Assembly (NCBI GenBank): GCA_964016885.1
Contig: OZ024741.1
Location: 194,928,001-194,992,000, forward strand
DNA: 64,000 nucleotides
Source: Eledone cirrhosa
Lineage: Eukaryota
Direction: 5' to 3'
Shown here: positions 13,701 to 27,467 of the stretch, piece by piece
How the letters are laid out: each line of letters opens with the position of its first letter
Position numbering within the stretch: position 1 is the stretch's first letter
Notes under the pieces: generated by a model
What the model was told of the DNA's origin: nothing
What the model saw: only the letters and a program-made list of their open reading frames with translations
Database searches by the model: none
Made by a program: the position numbers and the translations under genes

Positions 13701-14388
13701 ACCACATTTACAAGGAGGAGGCTAGCCCACTGTGCAGGATCTGTGGAGAGAGAGAGGAGACTGTGGCTCACATTGTATCCGAGTGTAAACACCTAGCCCA
13801 GACTCACTATAATGGCTGGAGACATGATGTGATGGGCAGGGTGATCCACTGGCACCTGTGCAAAGTAAACAATTTACCACATTCTGAGAAGTGGTATGAG
13901 CATAAGCCAGAGGCGGTGATAGAAAACGATCAGGTGAAGGTGCTGTGGGATTTTAGGATACAGACGGACAAGAAACTGGAACACAATAGACCTGACCTGG
14001 TGGTTTTAGACAAGGAAAAAAGATCGTGCCTGATTGTGGATGTGGCCTGCCCATTCGACACGAGAGTGCAAGAGAAGGAGAGGGAGAAAATTAACCGATA
14101 CCAGGACTTAAAGTGGGAGGTAAAAAGGATTTGGAACTACCATGAAGTCAAAGTGATCCCGATTGTCATAGGCCCACTAGGGACTATCTCAAAAAGTTTC
14201 CAGGGATGGTTAAAGAAAATTGGCCCCTTCACGCTTTTTGGAACGCTTCAAAAGGCATGCTTGCTGGGAACAGCAAGAACCCTCCGATACGTCCTGAATA
14301 TCTGAGGCTTCAGGTAGTGGCTTGATATTCATCTCAACAAACTTTCCAGTTAACTAACATCAATGACTGAGACTCAAAGAGTAATAAC

Positions 14389-14447
<59 letters not shown>
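10790..14447 (+). mobile_element. Near full-length R4/Dong-clade non-LTR retrotransposon ending in (AAT)n
   Basis: Single RT-CCHC-RLE ORF without APE, short 3' UTR, (AAT)n tail at about 14383-14447. Confidence 0.92.
10914..14305 (+). pseudogene. R4-type RT/RLE polyprotein split by one small deletion-frameshift near 12800
   Basis: ORFs 10914-12815 (WKSPGPDG, NYRPITCL, EQKGC, WIDYKKAFDMVPH, GIFQGDSLSPLLF) and 12812-14305 (HLLFMDDLKL, GGRGL, CCHC, PD..D). Confidence 0.9.
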
Positions 14448-14450
<3 letters not shown>

Positions 14451-14967
14451 GAAGAAGAAGCAGAAGAAGAAGGGTTTGCTTGATATGAGATGGCATGGAA
14501 TAAACAACGACAAATGTTTCAGAAAAGGAAGGGAGTTATCATACATTAAACAATTACGTTGTAATATGACTAAAGAAAAATGGTGGTTTCAGGCGGTTTG
14601 GTGTGAAAAGGGTCAAAGTATCGTTTACAACACATCAACATGGCAAAGATATGAGAGAGATATTATATTGAACGAACTATTGAAAGGAAGAAATCTCTGG
14701 AGACAAATCAGAAACACAACAAAGACATTAATTAACAAGATATATATATATATATATATATATACAGAAAACATAGATGAAATGACAGCTCTGATGGATG
14801 AATGGTATTGTAAATACGATAAAATATACACATATTGTTACAAAGAAACTAATAAAGTGATAATTATATGGGGAAAACATAAACACTGTAAGAGAACAAA
14901 ATAGAATGAATGCAGTATATTAAGCATATATTGAGAAATAATGTTACTTGGTATATAGAGTAAAAGT

Positions 14968-15760
14968 ATTGTTTCTACTCTTGGTACAAGGCCAGCAATT
15001 AGAAGGTAAAGGGAAAGTCAATTAAATCGATCTCAATGCGTTACTGGTGCTTTTATTTTATCGACCAAATAAGGATGAGAGGCAAAGGATTTGAACTCAG
15101 AAGTACAGGGCCGTAACTATAAGCCGCAAAGCATGTTATCTAACGCTCTACCAATACTGCCATTCCACAGCCCCAATAAAAGCATAATAATAGTTTCTGA
15201 TTTAGGTACAAGGCAACAATTTTGGGGGTGGAGAAAGTCGATTAAATCGACCCCAGTGAGTTACCCTAGTAGGATGATAAATGGCTACCATAGACTTAAG
15301 CCAGATTATCAATAGATTTAGTATTATTTTATAGTATAAGGGCGATGGATTATCAGAGTTGTTATTAGACAAATGCTTAGCAGTTCCAAATCTTTAATTT
15401 CTGAATTCAAATCCCGCCGCGATAAACTTTGCCTTTCACTCTTCCAAGGGTGATAAAATAAAATGCCAGGGGTCGATTTAAATCGATTTTACGCTCCCCA
15501 CAAAATATGCAGCCTTCTGACAATGTTAGAAAGATTATTTCATAGAATATAAAATTAGGTGACTAAAAATCGTTTTCTAACTCCTAATAATAATAATTTT
15601 TAACACAAAATAGAATTCGACAGATACTTATTTAATTTAACTGGTCCTTATCGACACCGGAAGGATGAAATATAAAGTCCCGCTGTGGGATTTGAACTCT
15701 GAACGTAAAGGGCTGAAACTAAACATCACAAAACATTTTGACCGACGATCTAGCGATTCA
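14968..15760. mobile_element. Cluster of SINE copies and fragments (about 14968-15165 minus, 15190-15280 minus, 15345-15530 plus, 15640-15760 minus)
   Basis: Shared motifs gatttgaactcaga (B-box-like, reverse complement), aggatgaaaggcaaag, ttttatcgacc and ggcacaaggccagcaatt, as in 19885-20068 and 54805-54992. Confidence 0.75.
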
Positions 15761-16387
15761 AGGTAACACAAATACAAAACTCATGTCCAATCGCTGGTTC
15801 ACGGTATTTATGACGGCGAGATTGGCAAAGGAAGGTTGTGCAACTCGTGCGGAATAAATATCACAATATATTTTGTTTGGCGTAGCAACTTATGGGTAAT
15901 TGTCTCGCCGATGTGTATATCTTTCGCCGACATGCAAACCCACATATACATGTATACCATATGGTTCTTTTATATACTATATAATACATATTATGTACTC
16001 AAAAGTAGATGATAGTCATTCTGGAAGGATGGCAAATATTGTAGTTATCGATAAGAAGAAGAAAGTGTAATTGTCTATGTCTTGCATTTCTCACAACGTA
16101 ATTATTTATAATTAAAGTTTTGACACTCACTACTTAAAGTAAAACATAGAATGTATTGCAATACAAAATATCCAGTACTACCCCCCCCCCCCCCCCCCCC
16201 TCCCCCCCAAAAAAAAACACGATACAATATATATATGGCAATAAGGGGAAAAAAACAGGCTTTATACCTCAGTTTGAACGGTGTTTCAGCTGGACCTCGC
16301 GGATAAAATGACGAAACATTGGAGTGGTTACATTCCTTTACGTTTTGATATCCTGTCACAGTTGGCTTTCTTTTCGCACTTTTAACC

Positions 16388-16690
16388 TAAGTATCAAGTT
16401 GCCAGGTATGAACTAACATTGAGTCAACTAACTATAACTCTCTCACCTGTAATTTAAGTGTCAGGTCAGGTATGAACTAAGACTGAGTCAACTAACTATA
16501 ACTCTCTCACCTGTAATTTAAGTGTCAGGTATGAACTAACATTGAGTCAACTAACTATAACTCTCTCACTTGTAATTTAAGTGTCAAGTTGCCAGATATG
16601 AACTAATGCTGAATCCACTAACTATCGTCATCTCACCTGTGACTTAACAGTTGATATGAATTAACACTATGTCAATTGACTATAGCCCTG
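16388..16690 (+). repeat. Minisatellite, ~59-67-bp unit, about 4.5 copies
   Basis: caggtatgaactaacattgagtcaactaactataactctctcacctgtaatttaagtgt starts at 16403, 16467, 16526 and 16593 (diverging). Confidence 0.9.
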
Positions 16691-16974
16691 TTGATATTTG
16701 TAGCAAACTGATAGTTCATAATTAGATCTGTTTTGTTATTGTTACATCTCATAGCTTTGAACATTTGTTTTGAATCAGTTGGCGAATCAAAATCTAAATT
16801 CACGCAATTCATTGTTGCTGTTGTTGTTGTTGGTGGCGGTGGTGGTGGTGCTGCTGTTGTTGTTGTTGTTGTTGGTGGTGGTGCTACTGTTGTTGTTGTC
16901 TATTACAAATATACCCTGATTGAACAGACCTATGAACACAGACGTTCCATCTGTGATAATCTCATCACTTGGAC

Positions 16975-17110
16975 CAGTACTTGACTGGTATTTTATTTTA
17001 TCGACCCCGGCAAAGTTGACATCGGCGGGATTTGACCTCAGAATGTAAAGAGCCGTAACTAAAAACTACAAAGTATGTTGTCCAGCGCTGTAACGATTCT
17101 ACCAATCCAA
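16975..17110 (-). mobile_element. SINE fragment
   Basis: gactggtattttattttatcgacccc..ggcaaagttgacatcggcgggatttgacctcagaatgtaaag. Confidence 0.75.
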
Positions 17111-17329
17111 CAACTTTAATATAAGAATATATAATAAAATGATTTTGAAAACTCGCAAATGGTGAAGAAAGAACACACAAAGATAAACTGAAGAGTTAAT
17201 TATAAGATGAAGTAAAAGGATTGAGTAAAAGTCTAATTAGCGATAATAGATAGTGACAACTTATTTTCAGCTTTGAATCAATCAATTTAAACAAAATATA
17301 TTAACTAGATTAAACTATATTTCTTAATT

Positions 17330-18150
17330 ATACATGGAAGCTAACTGAAAGATAAATGGAAATTTATATTATATACAGACATAACCGAAGTTTTTGACAT
17401 GGGCGAAAAGAAGAATTGTATTAGGAAATAGATTTCGGTATTCAGAAATATGTGGTATTATTGGAGAAAAAAATAAAGAGGAGAAACTTAATTATTAAAT
17501 GGAAATGAAATTAAATGATTAGCGAATGCTCTCCCCAGATGTGTGTTGTTAAGTAGTAGATAAATAGAACAAAGTACGAAGGCAACGGAGGGAACTTTTT
17601 AATGTAAGGAATATATATTAATCCTGCACAATGTTGCTTACTGAGAGTAGAAGAAAGTATCGGATGTAAAAATAGATAAGTGCAATGAAGAAATTGGCAG
17701 AGCTGATATTACGATCGACAGTAATATGTAGTTAAGAAGAAAAATAAAATTCAGAGGAATTGATAGAGCTTGGGGAAACATGTTGGGATTTCTATTTACA
17801 AGAAGCATTATTAAAGGAAACGTGTGTCGAAATGGAAAATGTGTGACAAATAACAGAAACACTAAAGAAAAAATGAACGTAAAAAATAAAAATCAAGACA
17901 GAATTTATGAAAAAGACTCAAGTAGGATGTATTGCTTTTGTTTTGAAGATACAAGAATTGAAAAAGACGACAGATATGGCTAACGAAAAATAAAGGGAAA
18001 GGCTTTTGGCAAGAAGTAACAAATGTTGAGAATAAAATGAGTAAAGGAAGATGTATTAGTGAAATTTTGAAGAAGCAGTAAAAGTATTTACACAAGAGTT
18101 GAACAATCTTTAGAAGCTGAGTAGAAAATCGTTGCTATGACAGTATGGTT
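17330..18150 (+). pseudogene. Highly decayed LINE RT remnant (CR1/L2-like?)
   Basis: Purine-rich strand; tatacagacataaccgaagtttttgac reads YTDITEVFD, resembling YxDFxKAFD; no ORF remains. Confidence 0.3.
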
Positions 18151-18789
18151 AGAAATATACATTGATAATTACGTAAAATATAAACTTATCTGTATTATGA
18201 GCAAACTATAAACATTTTATGATTTTAGTGAGCAGATTAACAATGAATTTCGAACGAAAAAAAAAGCTAAAATTTTCATCTATCAAGAAGAAAAAATATA
18301 TACATAAATATTCAATGTAACAATTTGTCAATTTTGAATAATAAAAGAGTAAATAAAATAAATAAATAAATAAATGCGCAAACGAAATAATGTTTCCAGT
18401 CCCTTCAATAACAAGTACAGATAAACTCATTAGATGTGTTTTTGCGAGTAATAGAAGTTTATATTATAGCTAATCTTATCCTTTTTATTTCTATTTCAAT
18501 CGCAGATTCTGTTCTGTTACACATTGATCAGTCTATTACGTTACAGATATCACATTTCTTGATATGTTGTCGCCGAAGATGATTGGTATGTTCTATTCCG
18601 TTATCTATTAACCTTGACGAGTACTGACTTTCAAGTAATATCCGTTTTAGTTATTGGACTCATTTATGGAGCCACAGTCTCGAATACGTCAATGATTTAA
18701 ACCCTCGATTAATAGTATAAATAACAGTATTCGTTTCACAATGTAATGCAGTCAAAATCAGCAAGAATTTCTGGACATTTTAATAATAA

Positions 18790-19470
18790 CAAAAAGACAC
18801 AAACATTGATATGACACTCACCATAAACTAAAAGATTCCAGACAATACCTACTATTTACTTCAAGCCACCCAAAACATATAAAAACAAATACTCCCTTTA
18901 ATTTTGCCAAAAAAATCTGCACAAATGTTCGAATTGTGAAACTCGGAATAAAATGTTGCAACAATTAAAATAAATACTATTTTAAAGACAGTACCCGTCA
19001 ATATTAATCGATAACGGAAGAGAATAACAAAAAAAAAAAAATAAACACTTGAGATATGCCCAATATTCTACCCTATATTACAACACACAACTCAAAAAAT
19101 ACAGAAGCATATAACATTATCCATTAAAAGAATGAAAAAGCTCTCGAAATACACAAATTAATCAAAAGCAAAAGGCAACCAAAATCGCAAAACCCCAGGA
19201 TAAAAACTACCAACCAGCGCAAAATTACAAACCCAACACTGACAGTCAAAAAGTGTGGTTTCCCTAACTGCAGAATCTACATCAAACTAATTGAAGACAT
19301 ATCGTATAAATTTATATCTGAACAAATTTTTATTGAAAAAAAAATAACTTTGTTCGTCAGAAAAAATAAATATATGCTGTTAAATGTAAAGGATGTAACG
19401 AAGATTACATAGAGCAAATAAAACCATGAGAAACAGAATGACTATTTATCGTCAGCAAATACAGGATTTA
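18790..19470 (+). pseudogene. Decayed Penelope-like RT thumb + GIY-YIG remnant
   Basis: HKLKDSRQYLLFTSSHPKHIKTNTPFNFAKKICT at about 18822-18925; IYAVKCKGCNEDYIEQ..MRNRMTIYRQQI at about 19370-19460. Confidence 0.75.
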
Positions 19471-19884
19471 ACTCACACATTTTTATGTTCGCATGTTTTA
19501 TTCATACATGTATTCGTATATTGAAGAAGAGAAAACACATAGATTCACAATTCGGTTCTTATTTGAATCATATTAAGAAGTTATTTACATATATCACAAT
19601 TCAGAGAGAAACACATAACTAATGGCTCTATAAAACCCTCGAATATGGCAGTGATAGTAACCTGGTTGTACCAATTTACATATTATTAGTCCCTAGGGCG
19701 GTAGTTAATTCAATTATATATATATATATATCAAATTGTATATTAAGCAGATGAAGTATTCTATAAATTCGTATCTTTAGGGTACCGTATTATTTCTATA
19801 CCTATACAAATTGATAGTATAGTTTATCTTCTTTGTGCACAATTAAATATGTATAATTCAATTTGCTAACCCCGTAAGTACTAA

Positions 19885-20068
19885 TAATTGTTTCTACTTT
19901 TGGCACAAGGCCAGCAATTACCCAGTGTATTACTGGTACTTTATTTTATCGACTCCGTAAGGATGAAAGGCAAAGTTAACCTTGGTGGGATTTGAACTCA
20001 GATCATAAAGGGCCGTAACTCTATGCTGAAAAACATGGCGTCCGACCCTCTACCGATACTGCCAATCC
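19885..20068 (-). mobile_element. tRNA-type SINE
   Basis: Reverse complement matches 54805-54992 and 38664-38822 along its length. Confidence 0.85.
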
Positions 20069-20492
20069 TAATACAACCAGTTTGCTGTCACTGACACATT
20101 TGTTGGGTGTATGGAGCTTTTAGTTACGCATTTCTTTCTTCATTAGGAGAGATGTAAATATCATTTGAAGGTGATTCCAACAAGAACCAACATTCAAGTT
20201 AAGTTTTTCATCTTTTTTAATCTACAGAGAAATGTGTAAATATGACATGTTTATGTTTACATATATACATGTGTGGCTACAGCGTCGGTTAACTCCTATA
20301 ATCTTCCTGTACAGATACGAATTTATACATACATACATATTCCCACGCACACACATACACATGCATATATATATATATGTATACAGGAGCCAGTTGTATC
20401 GATCTTAAAAAAGCACCGAAACAACGTATCTTCAAGGATCGACTGATGACGGGGGACTGTTCCTGTTTCGTTCGTTTTCTCGTTGTATACTC

Positions 20493-20527
<35 letters not shown>

Positions 20528-20575
20528 TGTGTATGTGTGTGATTGTGTGAATATGTATGTATGTATAAATTCGTA

Positions 20576-20674
<99 letters not shown>

Positions 20675-20849
20675 ATTAAATTTATGTATATGATGTATAT
20701 ACATATATAATCTCTGGGAACGCACAACGACTTAAGAAGTAGCGTGTGCTTTGATTTGTCTGTGATTTCAACAAATAGGAGAAATCGACCTCAAATATAT
20801 GAAATAAAGAATATATAGAATATTTACAACTTACCTTACGAGACATCTA

Positions 20850-20880
20850 GACTATTTTCGGTGAAAAGTCACCTCATCAA
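20850..20880 (-). ncRNA. Hammerhead-like motif (U3 variant)
   Basis: TTGATGA-GGTGA-cttt-TCACC-GAAAATAGTC on the minus strand; stem I unclear. Confidence 0.5.
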
Positions 20881-22735
20881 CCACTGTTGAACTAAAGACT
20901 ATTGTTCACTTAGCCACATATTGTTGCAGTTGTTGACATTACGTGAGGATGGCACATAAATTAGCCAGGAGTAGACAAAGGAACGAAACGGTCGCTTAAT
21001 ATATTACCAAAAAATAATAACTCTAAAAAAGGCAGTGAAAAATATACTCAGAGTCCTCTACTGAAGAATATAAGTTAGGTAGACTACGGTAACACTGAAC
21101 CATTGCACTGCGCAAAGGATCAAATCAGAAACTAACTAGTTACGAAGTGAACTTTTGAACCACAGAGAAAAGCATGTACTCATCCTAATGAACTGAAAAA
21201 AAAAAAAAAAAAAAAAGAGAGGGAAACTTCTGCAGAGCTCGTTTTCAAACTAAAGTCCTTTCTGGTATCAGTTGGTCTCGGAAGTTTTAAATTTAGATAT
21301 TTATTTCTTATTAACGGATACATTTAATGTGATTTACGTTTAATACTTCATGCCACAGAGCATTTAAGAGATACATATATTCTTCTATTGTGGACAGCTT
21401 GCACTCAGCAATTAATAATACACATAGAAATTAAGAGTTGACAACAACACATCTTATCTACATTACGTCTAGCTTTACCAGGAGTGAGAACATTCTTCGT
21501 ATGAAGGATTAAATGCAAATGTATAATCATTTTGGGACACACGCTTGGGCTGAGAAAAATAAGGACTCCTTAATGTAAAAATCTATAAGTATGCAACATA
21601 TATTAAATAAATGTCCTAATCTTGAGTTGTTCCATACCGAATTCTATAAATAGCAAGCCGTATATAAGGCATTGGCCGTTTAATGGTTCTATACCGAATT
21701 CTATAACATTAGCTGTTTAATGATCAAACCATCAGACTGTAATGAAGCGTTCATCCGCAGAACTGGTTGTACCTAAACAAACATCAAAAACAGTTTTAAA
21801 AACCAGTTACCAAAATAAGTTATGGAAAATTGTACATCAACATTTAGTGTTTACTCTTTCATCGGTTTCAATTATTACCTTCAAGGTTTTAGTCAAGGAT
21901 ATCGACCCCAGTGCTTATTTGATCAGAAATTCAAGAACAACAAATACAAATTGAAATGCAAATTCTGTACACTTAATATTTCATATCTAAACTCTTGGCT
22001 AAATGGAAGAAAGATAATTTCTAGATAATCCAATTGTCGGAACTGAAAGAGAAAAAGGAATTATCAAAATATTTCTAGAAATCGTGTCTGTGTATTTTGT
22101 GTTAGCAAATAAAGTGGTCATTTCAGTCCCCACTGAGAAATGATAATGTCAACAACAAAGTTTTCATATAACACAATAATGAGAATACTAGAGAAGGAAA
22201 CTAACAGCAAATTGAGTTCGAAGTCGGGTTTATATTATCTGTTAAATATATATCACTGTACGTACATCGACTAAAATTATTGTCCAAATTTTTATTGACT
22301 TCTCTCCTGAGATTAATAAGATATTATGACCGACTGATACATACAGCTGTTACCAAGCAACAAATGCAAATATATAATGTTTTTAACTCATACTTCAGTT
22401 CTTCTGAATGAAATCATTATCGTATAAAAAGAGAAAAAGAAAGTCTGTAAACGTAATTAAAGTTAATAGATGAAATCCAACTAGACTTGAAAACTGGTTA
22501 AAAGTGTTTATCATTATTTTCAATTTACAGGGAAATAACTAAATTTGGCATGTTTGCATGTCTATATACATTTATATACACCTTTACGCAATCTTAAAAA
22601 AAAAAACTTTTCGTTTTGTTTTGTTTCCGTTCGTTGTCTTGTTCTTTCTTTGTTAATTTTCTTATGTTTATATGTATATATAAGTTTATATGCATATATA
22701 AGTTTATATGTATATATAAGTTTATAGTTCTTAAG

Positions 22736-22825
<90 letters not shown>

Positions 22826-22866
22826 CGAAACATAAGTCAATTGCATGAACTCATAATGCTTTATTT

Positions 22867-22922
22867 ACTGCTATATATATTTCGATGATAGCCATTGAAT
22901 GGCTATGACCTCATCAGGCAGT
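22867..22922 (-). ncRNA. Type I hammerhead ribozyme at the 3' end of PLE A
   Basis: actgc-CTGATGA-ggtcatagccatt-ca-atggctatcatc-GAAA-tatatata-gcagt; stem I actgc/gcagt perfect; AATAAA follows. Confidence 0.8.
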
Positions 22923-24202
22923 TAGTCAGTTCTTAGATATGCCAGTTCTGTGTTTATAGTGTTGATGGTATCAGAGCCTTGGGACATATGAGCTTGTTAG
23001 GAATGATTTAATGTTGTTAGCAGGAATAGTCTTAATTCTCATTGGTCAGTTTGTAGATGCTAGTAGGGTTGGTATTTGACCTCAAAGAGGCAGGTGGTAC
23101 TGTAAAGTTCAAACCGTCAGGCAAGATGACAATAGTTCCATATGACTGATTTTCACAAAAAGCATTCCTGGTCAGATATATATTCAATTAAGGTTAATAG
23201 TATGAAATAGATACTACAGGTCATTCTTAAATTGAGGAATTTATGTGGAGTGGTGCTACTGAAATTTATGGTTAGAGTAGAAATTTACAAATAAAAAGAC
23301 TTATGTAGGTTGGCTTGCACATACACTCAGACCCACCTCCACAGACACACACACATCCACACATACAAATTGAGGAATTAATGTGGGGTGGTAATACTTA
23401 AAATAATGGTTAGAGTCAAATACTTAGATAGTTTAGAAAATTTAGAAATAAACATACACTCACACCTACCCCCTCAGACAAACACACATCTACACACACA
23501 AATCCATACAGGTGTGTATATATATATATGTACGCACAAGTGCATATATATATACAACAGAGGCCCCCAAATCCAAGTATAAGGCAGACATAAAACTAGG
23601 TGGGTGTTATTTTTAAAGAAAAGTAAAGTGGGTGTTTGGAAAAGTTATTGTTTAGACTAGACAAAGGTAGAGTGTGATATATATATTCACAGCAATAGCT
23701 TGGGGGCTTTGGAGCTTAGGCGAATCCCTTATTACAGACATATATACCCACCCACACTGTTATACTTCTGGATGCGCGTGTATGTCTATATACACATGTG
23801 CACTCATACAAGAGAGTATATACAAACATACTCTTAAGCATACACTCGAACATTTATCAATCCAACCTGGGGTATTAGTATTACGTTGCGTTCACATGAG
23901 TGTGTACATTCACGCAGTCCCAGTATACACACACAATGCACGGTTGCGGGCACTCATTCATGCGTATAGGGTTAGTACCTTGGGATAATTGTTCTTCCTG
24001 TGTGGGCCGCTCCCGGGGGGGGGGGGGTTCCTCAGGTTCAATAAAACGTGGTTTTGATGACCCCTAACCAGTAGAGGATCTGGTGGACCATCCACCATAG
24101 GGACCACAAAATATGGGTGGTTGTTGTTGTCCATTGATCATTGGTACGGTGTGTAGGGGACCTACGGGGGGGGGGGGCGTTGTGGGAGGCCTTAACCGGG
24201 GT

Positions 24203-26358
24203 TTATCCAAATAGTTTGAGGAAAGTTCCCGTCCTTAGGTGTCTGCAGGCACCGAATAAGTCGGCACTTCTGTTTAATAGCTTGGTTCCGCCATGAAGTA
24301 TCTCGAGTGTCTCACTAAGACAGAGGTTGCAAATACCAGACCCCCCTCTGTCTAGGGGAACCTTTCTAACCACGGACCAGACCAGAGAGTGCGGGGTCTT
24401 TTCAAGTTTGAGCTTCCAGATCAATTCAGAAAGGGCCGTACATTTCCTCTTATCTATTCTGTTAAAGGAATGGCGATGGTTATACCACCTATCTTTGAAG
24501 CTCGTCGCTGTGGATCCTATGTAGTGGTGCTCCGAGTTAGGGGTCGTGACCTTGCACCTGTAGACTACGTTTTTCGTCATGCATTCATTACTAAGGGGGC
24601 ATAGTGATGGGTCTCTGCAATTACATGACTTCTTAAGCCCCACCACATGTACCGCGTGGTTACCATCACTCGGGGTTGGCTGGGTAGCCGCCTTAATCAG
24701 CACAGGGTCGTTGGGTTCCGGTGTGCTAGTTGGGCCTGTCCGGGGTCTGGTGCGACCTGCGTGCTGGTTCAGTTGGGTGGCTCCGCGGTTTATGGTGGTA
24801 TTAGAGGCAGTGATCCTATTCCTATTTATGCCAGCTATGTGCTGGGCTACGGAGCGTGTAGTTGAGTAGGAAAGTTTCACCGTGTGCCTGTTGAATATAT
24901 TATGGTACTTGTAAGCCCTAGGGAAACATTTATCCAGTACTCTAAAGAATATTCTAGCCAGGCTGATACGTAGACCCACCGAGTACGGAGGGTTATACCA
25001 TGTGACCTTCCTGGTCCTATTCTTGCGGGGTTGTTGGGTGTCCGCCGTGGGCCATCGCGTGGTTGTGCACAGCTCAGGTCGAGCTCGGTTGGTGTCACTC
25101 AGGTGTGCGGAGCGGTCACTATCATGAGGGTTATATGGGCCCAGCGTGGGGCTATAAACCTGCGAGGTGCGGCCTCCCTGCTCAATTAGGGTTCGGCGAG
25201 TGGTGGGGCCGGTGCAGGGGTGCCTATGCTCCGCAGCACAGTGGTCTTCAGCGTTGTAGGTATTAGACGGGTGGGGTATGCGGGACCTTCTACCGAGGGT
25301 GGTGACGGATAGGGGTCTGGGAATGTTACTACTGGTCACCGAGGTATTAGGTGGGCAACTCATGCCCCTGAGGGTATTGGTCCGGTGTACCCTTGGGTCA
25401 TCTCGATCATGTCCCTTAGGGTTATAGCTGATCCTATGGCTGTGGGACGCCTTAGCTAGCGCTGAGTTATAGTAATCAGCGTTACTATTGAAGATCTCTT
25501 TACTGGCCGACAAGCTAGAGATCCTGTCAGAGACACTCTTAACTATGGCCTTAACTATAGATCTAGGGTGATTGGACCCAGCGTTGATATACACCAGCTT
25601 CTCATTGGGTTTATGATATGGGTGGTGTAGCTTGGTGTTGAGGTTGAGGGTGGTGTCCAGGAAATTCACTACTTTTCTATTGGGTTCCATCTCTACTTTA
25701 AGTCCTACCTTGCTAAAGAAGTGCCTAATTCTCCTCTTAATATTTTCGACCATTATGGTGCTGTGGTCCACTACGGTGAAGAGTGCGTCGTCTCGGTACA
25801 GCCCGCCACCCAGGTTGGGTATTTCTCTCCTGATCTCGTAGAGTATGTATATCCCAACCAAGTCCGTTAGCTGCACGGAGTCACTGGAGCCCATTGTAAA
25901 GTCAAAATTATTTAGCCAGTCGCTCCGAGTCCATATGTCCCCACCGAATCGGATCAGGGTCTTTATGGCGGCGTGTATGATTCGGACCTCGTCGCGTGTT
26001 AGGTCTGTCCTATTCATCGCGAATATGAGTGCCTTGTTCAGGACTATGGGCGTGATAGAGGAGTCCTATGTTTGTCAGGTAAATATGTAAACCAGTCCAG
26101 CACCTGGCTTGTGCAGGACCAGAGTTGTAACCTGATTTCACTCTTAAGTGTGGGGAGGATCCTATCTAAAATGCTTTTGCTAATAACCCCCATGTCTGAC
26201 CGGGAGGGGGCTATCAGTCTGACCGGCAGGTTAGACTCGAAGTTTGGTTTGTGGTCCTTAATGGTAATCCTCGGCTCCCTTGGTTGGTATGGAGCCGTCC
26301 TATCATCTATGCCAAGACCAGATACGATCTCATAAGCCTTTATGTTGATATCCTCCAG
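24203..26358 (-). pseudogene. PLE RT/GIY-YIG protein, 5'-truncated, with RT motif A deleted near 26060
   Basis: 604-aa ORF plus upstream piece 26044-26358; the FIQFDI motif present in the homologue at about 49460 is missing at the frameshift. Confidence 0.85.
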
Positions 26359-26405
26359 GGTATATATATATATATATATATATAATACACACACACACAC
26401 ACACG

Positions 26406-26475
<70 letters not shown>

Positions 26476-26477
<2 letters not shown>

Positions 26478-26556
26478 CCTTTCGACGGCTATTTCTGGAG
26501 TCTAGAAATAGCCGTCGAAAGGGCTTGAGCTCTGCCGTCGGGGTTAAACATTTTCC
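26476..26556. mobile_element. Family T short fold-back copy
   Basis: ccctttcgacggctatttct-ggagtct-agaaatagccgtcgaaaggg hairpin then cttgagctctgccgtcgggg..ttttcc|tata. Confidence 0.85.
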
Positions 26557-27417
26557 TATATATATATATATATATATAAAGTTTATCATATACTTCATAT
26601 ATATTATACCAATAAAATGGATACCAAAAAAATTTATACCAATAAGAATACATATAAACTATTTTAATTTCCTGTTATGAATCTAAATTCCTTATAATCT
26701 ATATAAGTTTGTTATTTCTCACTAATACATTTATCACCCCCCCAAAAAAAATTTTTTTCCTTCGTTTTTAACAACATTCTTTAATAACATCTAACTCTTA
26801 TTTATCATATCTATATGAATTAATATAAATTTATCCCTATAAATATACCTATCAATTAAATTAATTTAATTTCTTTTTATAGATCTATATTTCTTGTTTT
26901 AAATAAGATTGAGATTTTTCACTAACACATTTATAGTAAAATTTTATTCTCCTTAGATTTTAGCATTAGCATTATTCTTTAATAACATCAAATTTTCGTG
27001 TACTTTTCACCGGCTTGACCTATTTTCATCCCCAAAGTAATCTTTTCATTCAAAATACTCTTTCCATTCAAAACTGAAGTCTGCATTCCTCTACCCCTAA
27101 ATTAAATTTCTACTACTACTATTCTATCAACTTGACCACTTACTACTTTTCTATTGGTCAATTCAAAACCTGTTCCCAAACAGAACTATTATATTAAATC
27201 TTTGTTGTTTTTTTTCAATAAACAAATATCATTATTTCTGAAGACAGCATATATATGTGTAGGTATGTATATTCCCTCTGATAGTTTGTAAAACTTTTAC
27301 ATAGATCTATATGATATATATACCAACACACACATATATATCCTAGAAACGATCGTAAAATGATGAATTTTTTAATATGAGAAACTGTTTCTTTATTTTT
27401 ATTCATTATTTTTATTA

Positions 27418-27467
<50 letters not shown>

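Larger units (their letters stand above)
22822..26360 (-). mobile_element. Penelope-like element A (5'-truncated RT + GIY-YIG, ~1.4-kb 3' UTR, hammerhead), inserted in (TA)n
   Basis: ITIKDHKPNF, VRLIAPSRSD, FTMGSSDS, GLYRDD, NFLD, SNHP, WYNPPYS, CNCRDPSLCP, VVY..YIGST..FKDRWYNH, CNLCLSE; TA runs at both ends. Confidence 0.92.

Noticed and set aside
20415-20470. GAAAC..GTA..CTGATGA as a type II hammerhead
   Set aside because: Stems I and II give at most 2 bp; not supportable.
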